Below, in pieces: positions 1 to 13,450 of a stretch of DNA of 64,000 nucleotides. The notes beneath the pieces were generated by a model that had not been told where the DNA came from, ran no database searches, and saw only the letters and a list, made by a program, of their open reading frames with translations. The stretch is taken from contig DF237061.1 of assembly GCA_000708835.1 (NCBI GenBank), positions 130,214-194,213 on the forward strand, in the 5' to 3' direction. Within the stretch, counting starts at the first letter, position 1, and each line of letters begins with the position of its first letter. The position numbers and the translations under genes were made by a program. This DNA is from Klebsormidium nitens. Its lineage: Eukaryota; Plantae; Klebsormidiophyceae.

Positions 1-107
1 GTCACACACCCAGCGGCCTTTCTCAATTCCCGTCTGGTTGCAGGGTCAGCCTCCAGCAGCAACAGCATGTGCATTCTGCCATGCTGCAACCGCACGCTGA
101 CACTCAC

Positions 108-321
108 CTGTCCAAGTCCCATTCTGGAGGACGCCTCCGGTGTTGCTTGGCGACTTGTGGAACTTCAATGTTGCATTAAGCCCAGCCAAAGCGAGCACAA
201 CAGGCAGGAGATCTACCAGCAGACCAGACCAGCCATAGGGAGAGGAGGAGTTGGAGTAGATGAATGGGGGCCGGTCCGCAGCTACAACCCGCAAAATCGT
301 CGCATTATAGGGCGCTGCCAT
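108..321 (-). CDS. Glutamate receptor-like (iGluR/GLR) channel, first coding exon; gene runs off the left edge
   Basis: Translates MAAPYNATILRVVAADRPPFIY...WSGLLVDLL...GGVLQNGTWTG, the S1 lobe of an iGluR ligand-binding domain, and ends at a G|GTGAGT donor. It is a clear paralog of exon 1 of the gene at 2076, with the intron at the same position and phase. Confidence 0.8.
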
Positions 322-969
322 ATTGGGCTTTGCAGAAGTCGTTTGCTGTAGACTTTCAGGCCTAGCTGCGTGTTTTTCAGTGAGTGGAAGCTGCAGGAGT
401 ACAGGCAAAGAAGGTTTTCACGCAAGCAGCCCCACAGCTATGTCCAGTGGAGTTGCGAGCTCTCTTTGCAGGTGGAATGGCTAACATTATTTCAGCTTGT
501 AGATCAGGCGGTTGTGCTGTTCATTGATTGCATTGCGGCTGGAAAGGGTAATAGCGTCGTGAGGGTCAATAGGCGGCGGAATAAGCACAGCTAGCTGCAC
601 AAAAGGGTCATGAGGTTCGCCCGTTTTGGGCTCCTACAGTCTGGGGCGTGCCTGAGTCTCTTCCAAGTAATATAGTACTAGTAGGCGAGGAGGAAAGGAG
701 GCCCTGACTCCTATATTAGCCTGATCAGCCAGCTAGGAGCTAGGCTGTGATTCTGATCTGCTGCTGCTGGCCCAGCCTGCCCAGGCGGCCCAGCCTGAGG
801 GGCTTCTGAACTTCAAGTTCAATGAAGGCTGCAGGGGACAGCGCCCCAAGGGCTGAATCCTGATGTCAACAATGAAGTGGGATGCGGTGGCAAGAACGTT
901 GGAACTGGAAGCGACATTCTGACGTCATTGGGATCCCCGCGCCGGATCCTTATACCGTATATCCGTAGT

Positions 970-1175
970 CAGTGGCACGATTTTTTCACGCCAAAAATAA
1001 TTATATTTGAAATGTTGCCAAATTATTGGAGCTGAAAGTTGCCTGGCTTTGTTATTCTCTTTAATAACAGGAGGTTTGACCAGGGCCCAGGGGTTTAATA
1101 AGAGAGTTGTATGAAATCAGAAGAGAGAAATAATAATTGTTGAAAACGAGGTGGTGTGAAAACGCCGCGCCACTA
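970..1175. mobile_element. Old MITE-like element with imperfect ~23-bp terminal inverted repeats and an AT-rich interior
   Basis: Left end CAGTGGCACGATTTTTTCACGCC versus reverse complement of right end TAGTGGCGCGGCGTTTTCACACC. No TSD found. Confidence 0.4.
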
Positions 1176-1424
1176 CATTGTCACGTTCCGTCGAAAGCGG
1201 CTCGCCAGCTGCTTGTGTAAGCCTGAGCCGAACGGCCAGCAGCCCGGGCCCCGGCCGGTTTTCGCGCCCACTCAGCGTACCTGCCGGTCTCTCACGGTCG
1301 GGCAGCCTGCTGACGAGTCACGAAAGTGACGTCTCAAATGTTGATTCGTTGTACCGTACTTGAAGAAATTAATTCAGGCAATGATGAATGAAGCAGGGGT
1401 TCACCGTTCTGGGAGACTGGGCCC

Positions 1425-1628
1425 CAAGACTTGCCACCCAACTTTCACCGGTGCCGGCTGTCTACCGGCTGGCCACACAGGCTACCGGCGCCCGGCCGCA
1501 CCGGGCGCCGGTTTTGCCTAGGCGCCCAGCATTTTTTGCCGGCTGTCCAGCCGGTGGGGTCCCTTCGGCACCGGTGCATCTGTCATTTCTGCCGGCCAGG
1601 TCCAGCACACCGGTTCGTGGCGACTTTG
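1425..1628. mobile_element. Degenerate CCGG-rich MITE, relative of the element at 30534-30805
   Basis: Shares TTGCCACC(C)AACTTT, TCTACCGGC, CCTTCGGCACCGGT and CACCGGTTCGTGGC with the 30.5-kb copy in the same order. TIRs are eroded and there is no TSD. Confidence 0.6.
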
Positions 1629-2075
1629 AAGTCGATCCTGTAAGTCGTAGGCTGTGACCGTGTATGGCGTCACACTGACGTGTCTGGTTCTTTACGATAT
1701 CCTTGGCAGGACGCAGAACAGCCAGCCTGCTGCCACCTCCGCAAGAACTCAAAAGCACGCAAGCGACGCTGAGCGACACAGTGGGGCGACGCCAGCTTCA
1801 ACGGAGGTCCGGCCTCTCCAGAGTCCAGACTCCAAAGAGATTTTGCAGCAACGTCTCTGCTGCGCTACAGTCACAGCGTATGTATCCTACAGGTACAGCC
1901 AGCTTATGTCAGAAGGCTGCACGGCAGGAGGGGACGGCATGCAGAGGAATGAACTAAGGAAGCAGATCAGACACCAGAGTCGATCAAGATAGTTGGAGAT
2001 TGACGCAAAGTGAATCAATATTGAATAGGGTCCAGCTGGTGATCGTCTGCTGTGTCAAACACTCGCTAGTGTGGT

Positions 2076-5000
2076 ATGGCGACAAATGTCAGACTCGTGA
2101 CAGCCCATCGGCCCCCCTTCGTGTTCAAAAGTAGTAACCCAGCTGGCGTCAAGTGGTTTGGAATGCTTGTGGAGCTGGTTCCATTGCTCTTCCAGTATGC
2201 CAACCTGACCGTGACTCCCCGTTATTACGAGTCGCCGCTGCCTATTGCTGGGGACCTTCTACCAAACGGCACTTGGAATGGTGAGAGGGGCTTTCTTTGG
2301 AGAAAGTGGGTTCAGACAAGGATTGTGATGGACCCGAGTGTTATTTGAAACCAGTCTTCTGACTTCAACTTGTTTTCCTCTTGTTGAACAGAACACTCTA
2401 TAGACTAGACTAGCCATTGTTGGTCTCTTCTCTCCACTTGCTTTTGGGCCTTGCGTCTAGGACCTACAAAGGATCAGGTTCACGAGGTCCAGCCAGGATC
2501 GTGGCAGAAGGGACACTGATCCCAAATGAATTGAGGTTAGGAAGAAAGCAGTCAGTAGCTGACAAAAGCTGCAATCAGAAGCTTGGAATACTAGCGACCG
2601 CTCCACGGAAGACCTGAAGTTACAGCTCAGGACACCCTCCATATAAGCGAGCAGACTGAGCTGGGGCAGATGTAGTACTGTGCTTGAATGGTGGAGTAGG
2701 ATCCTAGATAAAGATGAGTAGATGAGGAGGAGACTTTAGGGCAAGCAGGTAGCATCATTCGCTGATTTGAAGAAATGCGTCTTCAGCTTGCTGCCAAGTG
2801 GGACCCGTACCGGACGCTTTCTTTTCTTTTGCAAGTGTGGGAAGGAGCACAACTGATTGTCATGATTTCCTTCAAGCTGCTGAGACTGAACATCTGATTG
2901 GGTTTGCTCTAAGCGGCTCGCGCTAGACTACACAAGATCTTCGCGTGCTTCTTTGAAGGCTTACATTCGTCTCACACTCAAAATTTGGCTGCAGGAGTAA
3001 CTGGGGAGCTGCTTGCTGGGCGGGCGGACATTGCAGTGTTTCCAATAGCCAGGGGCGTTGGTCCCTCCTCAGTCATTGACCTCACTTATACTTACGATGA
3101 ACTCGGACTACAAATGCTCGTCAAGCAAGAGGTGAGCAACATATTTGATGTAAGCAGTTTCCATGCGGTATTCCTTTGGCCCAAGCATCATCCAATAAGT
3201 AACATTCCCGCTGTAGCTCATATAGCATCACATCTACCACAACGAGACAAAAAGAAGGACGTTGATGGTTGAGGCAGGCAGTCATAAATTATCTGTACAA
3301 ACTAACAGTATCTTTTCCTGATGAATCGATGTTTTGTGCCTGTAAGCCTTTTCCATTTTGACATGCCTTAGTACCGGCGGGCACGCATCTGCTTACAGAT
3401 TGCATGAATCTTGAGTCTTCATCATATCAGAAGGGTTTTCTGGCCCTCTCATCGCTTCTTCGCTTCTCTCCTCCGATGCAGCTCACAAGTGCTGCCAGCT
3501 CGAGCCTCTTCCTGGCCCCTTTTACGACCAGCCTTTGGTTGGTCCTTGTGGCCACCGTCGTTGGAATGCCTGTTCTCATCCAGATTTTTGCAAAGCTGTC
3601 TCCACTAGGAGCCTTTGAGCTCATCAAGCTACGGAACCTGACTGCTAAAAGCCGTACGCAAGAATTCAAAGTGGTGTGCGGTAAGACGGTACTTTTACAA
3701 GCCTCCGACATCTATCATTCAGCAAAAGGCAGAACCCAAGTGATGATCTTCTCTGCCTTGATTTGCTTGTGTACTGTTGGCGATTCAGTTCCCACAGAAA
3801 ACAATCTGATTGTCGGAAGATGGTCAAGCTTTTTCTTGACTTGGAAGCTGCTGTGTGTTGTAGAATCCCCTTCAAGGCAGAGCGAAAAGATTGCATTTTG
3901 TGCCCTTGGAGGACGCCATCTCATGTTGTATCATTACTGACCCGTATCTGTTATTGCTGAGTTCAGAGAATGACTCCTATTTTATGGATATCCTCCAGGT
4001 AAGTCTCAGTCGCTCAGCCTTTCCAAAAAGACTGTGACGGACAAAGCGATTCTGGCAGATCACCCTGCTCCGCATAGAAGTGAACGTGCAGGACGTAGCA
4101 GAAAAAAGCCAGGAAGCGTCCTGTCGAAAGAGGATCCAGCAAGTCAAGGAACGACATTGGCAGTTGGTTCATCGGGTGAGGCACTTGTGAGGTATGTGGA
4201 TCGATGAGGAGCAATGGAAATGTGTGTCTGGCTTTGAGTCGAAGCAGAGTCACAAACGTCCGAGTCCTGATCTTGCAGGCTGCCACGTCTTCCAATGTCG
4301 AAGGCCCCACGGCCAAAAGCTGGGCAGTCAGACTGCCCATTCTGTACTTCTACTTTTTCATGGTCGTCGTGGGTGCAGCTTACACCGTAAGTTGGTTATG
4401 AAGGAAATGTTGGAATAGCAACATCCTTCTTTGCGATCGACAAGCATTTCAGTGCCCTTACGATGTCCCCAACTAGAAGTCTCACAGCCGTATAGCGATT
4501 GTAGGATGTTACGTGCAGAAGATCAGAGCTTCGTTTGCTGGCTGAAAACTTGTTGCTAACAGGCGGGCCCGTGCCCAACATATGCTTCGCATGCTTTGAT
4601 CCATTGTCCTGCCTCCGAACGCTTGCATAGGACACACCTTAACTCGGAACGTCGTTCTTGCAGGCGAGCTTCGCGTCGTTTCTCACGGTCAACAACTTCT
4701 CATCAAAAGTCAACAGCCTGGAACAGCTGGCCAGAGATCCCACTCTCAAGTATGTCATCGAGGACAATGGTGCCACCCTCGCTTACTTCCAAGACAGCAT
4801 CGACCCCATCATCCAACAGCTTCGACCACGCCTTCAGGTATGCTATTGCGATGGTTTGCTCCACCACCCTTCATATGAGTTGAAGGTTGGATAACTCAGC
4901 CTCAAGGCTGTCCTTCTAATTAACCTTTTGGATATCCTTCTCTCAGAGGCTGCTTTGGTATAGATTGGTATGCTCGTAGAGCATTATGCCAACGGCGAAT

Positions 5001-6384
5001 GATCAAGGACTTTTGCCCTGTGGAATCTTGCTTGTAAGTTTTGAATGTTGAGCTGACCTTTCAGACATGTATATGCTCCTCGCAATGAATTTTCAGCCCA
5101 GTGAAACTCTGTGCGGAATCCTTTTGAATCTGCACGTTGGTATATATCTTGCAGACACCTCAAAACCTCTCTGTGAATCTAGACTTCTTCAGCTTCGTGC
5201 CTTGGAGCATCGCCTGTACTTGGTCTCGTTTTCCCGGTCCCGTGATGAACACCGTTTGCAATTAAATAAACGCCGTGGTATGATCTTGCTCTGCTTCCTC
5301 GTGCAGACTGTCCGAAGCATCAGGGACGGCGTCGCAGCTGTCCAATCGGGCGAGGCCTCTGCATACATCGCAGAGAGTCACGTTTTGCAGCACATTGCCG
5401 GACAGCTGCCGTGCAACTTGCAAGTGGTGGGGGCCTTATTTGGTCCCAACGGCTTAGCCCTAGGCGTTCGCCGCGGCTGGCCCTATACACAGGCGCTCAA
5501 TGTTGCCATGCTTCAACTCATGCAAAACGGTGTTGGGGATGAGCTTCGAAGGAAGTGGGTCGGAAACCAAGACATCTGCACATCTAGCAGCCAGGTTCGT
5601 TTCTTTACCGTCATTGCCTACGGCCAGCTCAACAACTGCCCCGACTTCTTCTTTTTGCAATATCAGTGTTTCCTGATGCATCTATTTCCTGTGCCCTACA
5701 GTCTGATCAAGATCAGTCAATTGGCCCGCATACACTTACCGTGCATAAGGCGAGAGCAGGACAGCCTTGTTGTCTCGCCTGCAAACGAAGGGCACAGGAA
5801 TGTCCGCAGCCCATCGTTGACATTCAAATATCTTCTTTGATTGCCCATCCGTCGAGTAGATCCACCCCAAATCCACCTTTCGCAAAGAGCCCGGCCTAAG
5901 GCTTGTTGTTGTTGGTAGCTTAACCACCAGGCGTGGAAACGGTCTGATGCATTTCTTTCCGTCTTTTCTTCAGGTATCTAACCGAGCCCTCCAGTCAACA
6001 GACTTTTCTGGCCTCTGGTACACTCTTTTTTGTGCTATTGCTATTGGGGTCGTGATCATAATCTGGGAGAACCTGATGGTCAACGTCCTCCAAAGCTTTC
6101 CGGCTCTCCGGTCGTCCTTCCTATCGGGCACAAACTCTTTGAAGTACCACGAGAGCGTAGGCGACTTGTTTTCCGCGGGTGATGAAGATCGTGCTGACTT
6201 TACAAATAACCCTGCTTATGAAGTCCCAGCAGGCAGCGCTAGTGACAGGATCGCTAAGCTGTCCTCACCGACCACCTCGCATGAAGCAGGAACCCTCAAA
6301 GACGAAAGTGTGGATCGGATCTTAGACCAGGGCGAGTATGAGTCTGCCGATGCTTGTATGACGGATCTAGCTGCAATGCTTTGA
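2076..6384 (+). CDS. Glutamate receptor-like (GLR) ion channel lacking an evident amino-terminal domain
   Basis: Exons ~2076-2280, 2995-3131, 3482-3680, 3968-3998, 4279-4386, 4664-4838, 5309-5595, 5974-6384 with GT/AG junctions. They give S1 (RPPFVF..GMLVEL..NGTWNGVTGELLAGRADIAVFP), M1 (FLAPFTTSLWLVLVATVVG), M3 (AAYTASFASFLTV), S2 (LPCNLQVVG..LALGVRRG..LRRKW..C) and M4 (DFSGLWYTLFCAIAIGVVIIIWE). Confidence 0.9.
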
Positions 6385-7704
6385 TAGGTAGTTGTTGACT
6401 AGTTGGTGCACAATCGTTGCATCTCAATTGAGTAATTCAACTTCCGCTGGTAGAAACTTGGTCTTACGTCTTATTGCAGTAGCGTCTAGGTGAGCAACTC
6501 TAGAACGTTACAATATTCTAGATTGAGCCCAAATGGTCAATGGCATCATTGAAACGCGGGAGATAATGTCACGCGGATCACATGAGGGAACTCACGGTGC
6601 GATCGACTTGAATCATACATGCATTCCTTCAACATCTGAGACTCGTGAAAGTTCTGAACATGCCAGCCCTGTCCGCTTCAGCCCGTATAACTCGTTCATA
6701 TCTTTCAACGGCTCCATAGCCTCTATGTACCGATCTTGGAACAGACTGTCCCCTTACGAGTGAAGGGAATCAAAGCTATGAGCGACTTTATCATCACCAG
6801 CTTTGATGTGTTGCCTTCAGTCATCACAATTTAGAGTGAAGTCTGATGACGACGTAAGTCGGACCGGATTGTCACTATGCCTAGGCGGCGACCCCCGGGG
6901 ACTCGTACCGGGCACCGCAGAAGGGCCTCGCGCCGGTGCATTATTCGGCATCTTGTGGACTTGGTCAATCAGAAGCTAGCGCTCGGGGCGAGCCTGCCGG
7001 GCGACTTCCGGCTCGAGGAGGACACGAACGGTGGCACGCGCAGCGGCGCTGGGAGCTCAACGAGCAGCTTGTACTAAAGCTGAGGGACGCCAAAACGAAG
7101 ATCGATAGAATCCAACTTTAGAAAATGTGCAGGTAGACTCAAGATTTCAGCTTAGCTCTGGTAGTGTCCGACAGTGGGCAAGGACAATCATTGAATCACA
7201 TAGAACGCTGCTTGCGCTGGCTGACTCGATCACGGGAAAGACAACTCAGAATCTTCCAAATCATGTTGACTTGACGTCTGAGTCGGAACCCTTGTTCCAT
7301 ACTCCGTTATGCTTAAGAAACCAAGTCATTGCCCCGCCACACTTCACGCTCTGTGTATGAATATGCAGTACTTGTTCCCTGCATGCAGGGCCTGTATTCG
7401 GATTGTCCCCAAATGATTGGCCTATGACTCTGAACAGATTCAGATTTGTCAGAGGCATTTACCCTTCCGTCAAAGTCCTGGCGTTTCGACCGTGTCACTG
7501 CTAGTCTTGGGGGCCGCTTACCCAGCAAGACGACAGCTGCTACGCGTGCTCACTGGCATCAGACTCATCTGTAGACTTCGTTGACTTCTAGGAACGCTGG
7601 CTGTCCTGTGATTTCTTTCCTCTCGTAGACTGTCCAATCAAAGGCTCGATTAGTGGAACTAATGCACCATCTTTCGCAAGCACGGCAAGTATCCGTCATT
7701 TCGC

Positions 7705-10700
7705 CTATGGTATGTCTTTCTCTTTTCTGGGCGACGGCTGGCCGCAGCCTAGGGCTCGGAAGAGGACCCCCGCTAGCAGCACCAGCATACCGCTGCGCAA
7801 GGAGGGAGAAAAGAGCCGTCAAACGACAGACAGGCCGTATCGACTCCGTACAGGAAACAGCAGAATTCTGGGAAAGCTTCAGAAAAAGACGATACCGCAA
7901 AGGGTGCGAGGAAGGATCATGATTCCTGGAAGTCGAGTGGCGACAGCATTAACGTACTCCGTCGAGGTTGAATATGCACTCTGATCAAATCCTGACCGTT
8001 ACGAGGTGCAGCATCGACGTTAAGGCGTCAAGCATCGGGGCTGGGGACCAACTTTCGAAATATAATCAGGCCCCAAAACAGCGTTTCTGCGCACAAATGA
8101 AACGGCTTCCTGATCCGTCCCGGAACAGTCCACCACGTCGGGCCCGTTACTTCCCCTCCAACGATTCTTGAAGCGTTGAAAACCATCTTGCCTTGTCGCT
8201 CTCCTTCGCAGCTGCCTCCTCAAACGGAAGTCACGGCTCAAAGAACGTTTTGACCATCCAAATCATGGGCAAAAGACAGAAAGTCGAAAATGCAGCGACG
8301 AAAAACGTCGTAAGAAGATTGTTCGCCAGACTTACCTGACAAAGCCGGGCGCCGTCGTGCCTAGCCGCGTCACCAACAGCCCCGCTAGAGTCGGTCCCAA
8401 AACTCGACACGTGGACATCAGCGTGTCCGCCAAACCCAATAACTGACCGACCTGCAGGTGACGATCGCACTGCGTGAGTTAAACGAGCTACTCAGAGTCC
8501 CAGAAAGTTACGTTGCAGGTCATACCTCCACCAGAAGTCTGGTTGGAGAGTTATACGCAAATGTCGATTTGAAGAGAGACTGTCGCTCATACGGAGAACG
8601 AGAATCTTGCACTCAGCAGATTGTATTGTTTCAGTTCTTCTTAAAGTGAAAACTCGGTTGCGAGTCTTTGGCATGCTATTTCTACGATCTACGTTTACTT
8701 GATTTGCACCGCTCGCTCTTCGCAAGTCCGTGGGGGTTCTCACCGGTGCTCGAACAAAAAAGGAGCCGATTCAGTCCGTGGACGAGCGACACGCGCGTTG
8801 GACACGTACCTCCGAGGATGGCACCGCTGACGTCAGCAGGGCCGTGAAGGTGGTTCTCACGACACCCCCCGCGAGCGCGACGGGCGCCAACAGCACGACG
8901 AGCGACCGGATCGAGGGGCCCAGGGAGGCTGCCACGTAAGCAAGGCCAAGTGACGTAATGCCGGCCTGGATGAGGAACCCCTCCTTGGGATATGACGCGA
9001 CGAGGGGACGAATGGCGAAGCCTTGAACGAGCGTGGTTAGGAAACCCTGTCATAAGAAGACTGCGGGTCAGAGTGGTTAAGGGCGGGTTAGAGCGGATTA
9101 GCTGTGGGTTCACTTATTCCTTCAGTGGACGAGTGGTCAAGTGTTGGTATGAATATTTGAAGGACAGTCGTTGCTTCAGCTGATGAGAATTACGTTAATA
9201 TGTTATTTCGAACGACTCGGCGGCTGTCCTTTCAACTAAGTTGGCAGACAAAGGACGATGAAACCGCAGGAGCACTCTTTACCAGCGGAGACTGATACGT
9301 CTTCAGATTCAAGTGACGCGGCACGCAACTCGAAGCCAGCTGTGACTGCTCACGACGTTCCGCACCCGATCCGAGATTGACTCATGGGGCGCACAGTCAA
9401 AGTCCAGAAAAGGCTGGAGCAAGCTGCGTTGCAAGACCTCGTTCTTCTGAGGGAATCGTATGCAATGCAAACGACTTGCCTAACACGGATTTCATCTTAC
9501 ATGTGCCGTTCGTCCAACACGCTCTTCACAGTTTTGCGAAACTTCTAAAGGCAGTCCGTAGGAGAACCTGGCAATTCAGAAACGTCCGAACCGTGCATCT
9601 TGTGCTTCGAACAAGGTCGAAACATTGACCGCCAGTCATCCGACTCCGCCACCTTCTGAGCAGGAAACTGAGGAAAGCGCAAGACCCAACAGGGAGGAAG
9701 AAGAAACATGACACGAGATTTTGGCCCTTAACCATAGATGGTGATGGGCTGATTATGGCTGGTCAAATGATGTTTATATGTTCAGTAACCAGGTCTGGGC
9801 TTTAACCAGCCCCGGAACAAGATTAACGCCGGATTGTTTGTCAAACAAACTGACACTCAGTCTGGAAATCAGCCTGGTTAGAAGCCAAAACTTGCCTGGT
9901 AAGAGATGAGCATCCCGTTTTGCCGCGCGTCCAGCTCAAACCGGTACAACACGAGGGTCGTGAAACCCTCCCGAAACACTTGCACAGCAAGACCCAACAC
10001 CGCGCGCACCGCCAAAAGCGCACCCACTTTTGGCCGCCGCAAGACCGCAGCTTGCGGAAGCACGGATTCCAGACGCGCGTGCCAGGAACGAATTCGCGGC
10101 GGTAGGGGGGACGGGAACGGGCTTTCTGGACCCCCTTTGTCCGAGGTCGGGCCCGGGAAAGCTGGGAGGAAGTAGGAGGCGAGTGTGGCGTTGCAGAGGA
10201 AGAGGAGCGCGGCGAGGCAGCCGGGGAGGCGCTGTCCGCCGTATCTGCAGAACACAAAAGAAATGAAAACTATATAAGTAAGGGATCGCAATGATGATAC
10301 CGAAGAGAATTATTTGGGCTTTCAGTCTTGTCTCTTTGATAGGAGTAAATGGGGTTCGTCTCATTCGAGGGCTTTTGGCTAAGAGAAAGACGCTGCCGCT
10401 TTGACAGAACGAATGTCAAGGTGCTGAATCCTGTTTAACGATCGGTACTGTCGAGAATGCAGTCAGCTGTGAATGATTGGGGCAATATTATGGGCAATGG
10501 TTGTCCAGGTCAGCAACGGGAATGAGTCACTTCGTTCGTCGAGCACGTTTTAAAGGCGGGGACGTTGGGAACGAAACAATTGGCGACCATACAGATATTT
10601 CGTAGAGCTTCCAAAGTACGGCTTGTCGTGTGCTTGCTCAATTATCATAAAGCCGTCGATTCGTACGACATGACATGCTGTGAACAACGACACAGCAGCT

Positions 10701-13450
10701 CGCCGTTCAACACGAAAGCGAAGGGTAGTACGTCGTCTCTGGCAATCACCTTCCAGATCTCATCCCGCCCTGCAATCTAGAGCCTGATTCTCAAGGAAAG
10801 CACTGAGAAGATTCCACGTAGCTTCTACTATTCGTGAAAGTGATCGACAAGGAGTCAGAGGATGCGGGAGCAATGAAAGTGAAAAAATTACCTGTGCAAG
10901 AAGCCCCCCAGCATGGGTCCCACCATGAATCCTAGCCCCGAGGCGGTGGCCATCCGTCCGAAATCAACGGACCGTTCGGACCGGGACACGCGGTCCGAGA
11001 TGTACGCCTTTACGCCGTTGCTGGAGTGGCGCACCAGGCCCGTGATAACTCGGCTCAAGAACAGGACCTGAGAGCAACGGGTAAAACGTCAATCAGGTAA
11101 AATCTTCTTTTAGGATTGGTCCTCTCCAGTATGTTCTTGACAGATTGCAGAAGAGTAGGGCACCAGATCCGTTGCTAGTCTAACTCGAAAAGCGGACTGT
11201 GCTCGACTGGCGACACGAAATGGATGCAAGCCTTTGAGAAAGAATGGTCCTTTTGAAAATGAGAAGACCAGAGTGCCGAACAGGAAGATGTAATGTTCCA
11301 TGCTGCACCAGTGCTCAATATAGAGTTTGAACTGAGCGGCAGGATATAATTCGAAACTGATGCACATCGAGGAAAGAGATGGCCCCCTCGATGTGCGACT
11401 TTGACGAGCATCAGTCAGGGAAGGGGGTTCGGAGAGACAAAGTCGACGCCGTTGCTGGAACCGATGACATTAAAACGACAATTGCTCCTTCGAAGTACAA
11501 CGTTCGAACAAGCATTAGCAGGTACTGCGATTCAAGACGAAGACGTCGAGGTCGTGACGCCCCAGGCATGGCATGGCTCGACTCGAGAGAAGGACCTGAG
11601 AGTTGTGACACAGCAGAGAGGTATTTTGATATTGTGAATGCAACTCGAAAGGACGCAGGGGAGGCACTTGTTTGTCCGCCATGGCCGATACAACTTGTAA
11701 TTGCTGGACATTGATCGCAGACAAGTGTTGTTCCTGTGAACGAAAACCGGAGAAGCAACCGTGTCCACCCATACGCACAGTGTAGAGGGGAGTTATTACA
11801 CAATCCGCAGCCCCCAAATGGCTTACCTCTAGGCTGCGGCTGAAGCCAACCAAGCCGTAGCCAATGGCAGTACCAAGGTATGCGGCCACGATGATAAAGT
11901 GACGGCCTTTGCGGTCACTGAGTAAGCCCTGGAGGCAAAAAGAGAAAAGTCCAGCACCTTGTCGGCTTGTGAGAAATCAGACTGATTTGGTTGTTCTTAA
12001 TGCTCGGGACTGTAACATGTGGGTCCTGACAGTTGCGATTCTCAAAATACCACCCGGAGTATAACATGGGCAAGTTCGAGATGCTGGCATGGCACCCTCC
12101 GCAGATGTCCAACCCCTCAAAACCGTCGAGGGGGCACAGGTTTGAAGCTTGCAAGACTTGAGCTTACAGATAGCGAAAATTGATTGTATCTACACCCTTT
12201 CGGCGGTGCTTCCTCCGGGAGCTCGGAAACAGTTGAAGATACAGCTTTGAATCAGAACTGCCACGTGAAACGACTCACATCATTTAGTCTCTATAGAGTG
12301 TTTTTCTCAAACTGAATCGCCAATGTCCGAAATTGAGTTCCAATATTCGGAACCGACTGACTGTGGGACCCACACCTATAAATTCCCTGGATGGTGGTTT
12401 GAGAGCTTTTGCAACAACAGCACTTCAGGCCGTTGCAAAGTCGCCTCAGCTCGTTGGCCCTTCACAATGAAAATCATGTTATGTACTATTACCGAATTTT
12501 AAGGAACACAAGAGGACGTTCCACTTGAGGGCTGGAAAAACTTTGTTCTCCAATTTGTTTGAGTCGCCTCTTGGAGAACTAGAAATTACCCTGCCTAGCT
12601 TCATTTGCCCCTTGACTTGATCTGAGCTCAGTGGTTTAGCTCGTTGAATCCACTAAGAAGATGTAATGCCAAGGGCGCGATCATTGCAAGCCTTTTTAGT
12701 GGTCTGATTGAGTACTTTACCATCCATCTGAGACAAGACGCTTGTTTAAACGCACGAGAAGAACGTTGACTTACCACCATAGGCCCACTCGTGAGCTGCA
12801 GGGCGCCATATGTGCTGGAGATCAAGCCCAACTGGAAAGGGGTCGCGCCTAGTTCCTTCATCAGAGGAACCAGCATAGACATCACCTGCAGAGTAAGAAC
12901 GCCATTCTTGCAGAGCTGTTTTTGGTCCACTCAATGCAAACACATCTGTTTGTCATCTGACGGGATACGGTCTAGAGAACACCACTGATCCCCTTATGAA
13001 TGAAATCCCCGGTCGGTTTACTGCGCTTTTTGAAGCTGCGGCACTGCCCTGGCTTGCGAAAGAGGACAAGCTGCAGCAAAATCAAGGAACAAGTTGAGGC
13101 TTGGCAGCTTCTCAACACTGCTTTAGGACAGAGAACTTAGAGCAAAGATGTGGACAGTTTTCAGGAGAAACACGTTGACGGACCAGCCCGTGCGTCATCC
13201 ATCCCCCTTCGGTTGGTGCCATGATCAGTTCTCCTCAATTACAGAGCTCATTTGAGATCAGAGAATCAGTGCGCTTGGTTGTCTTCTTGTGCAACAATGA
13301 GGTTAAGCACAGTAGACTGATTGAGAACCTCACCATGCCCGCAGCCATAAGATCCACGAACACCAGGAGCAGCAGGACGGATCTCCATGAATGGAGATAA
13401 GCCGGTGGCTGCCGGGGAGAGCCTGCCGCCAGCAGCGGCAGCTCAAACAT
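7705..13450 (-). CDS. Major facilitator superfamily transporter (DHA1/MFSD9-like, 12-TM)
   Basis: Exons ~13335-13450, 12775-12885, 11830-11925, 10891-11067, 9896-10244, 8808-9046, 8334-8455, 7705-7793. They include motif A (GLLSDRKGR), LFLSRVITGLVRH, AYISD, GLGFMVGPMLGG and the TM11 motif GLADTLMSTCRVLGPTLAG. The junction phases I checked are compatible. One donor is GC (9895-9894). Confidence 0.85.

Noticed and set aside
6877-7121. GC-rich short ORFs between the GLR and MFS genes
   Set aside because: No homology recognisable and no splice structure. Possibly a relic.
11401-11637. Protein-like antisense ORF with a donor-like end inside an MFS intron (nested gene?)
   Set aside because: No recognisable motif, and no phase-compatible partner exons found on the + strand.
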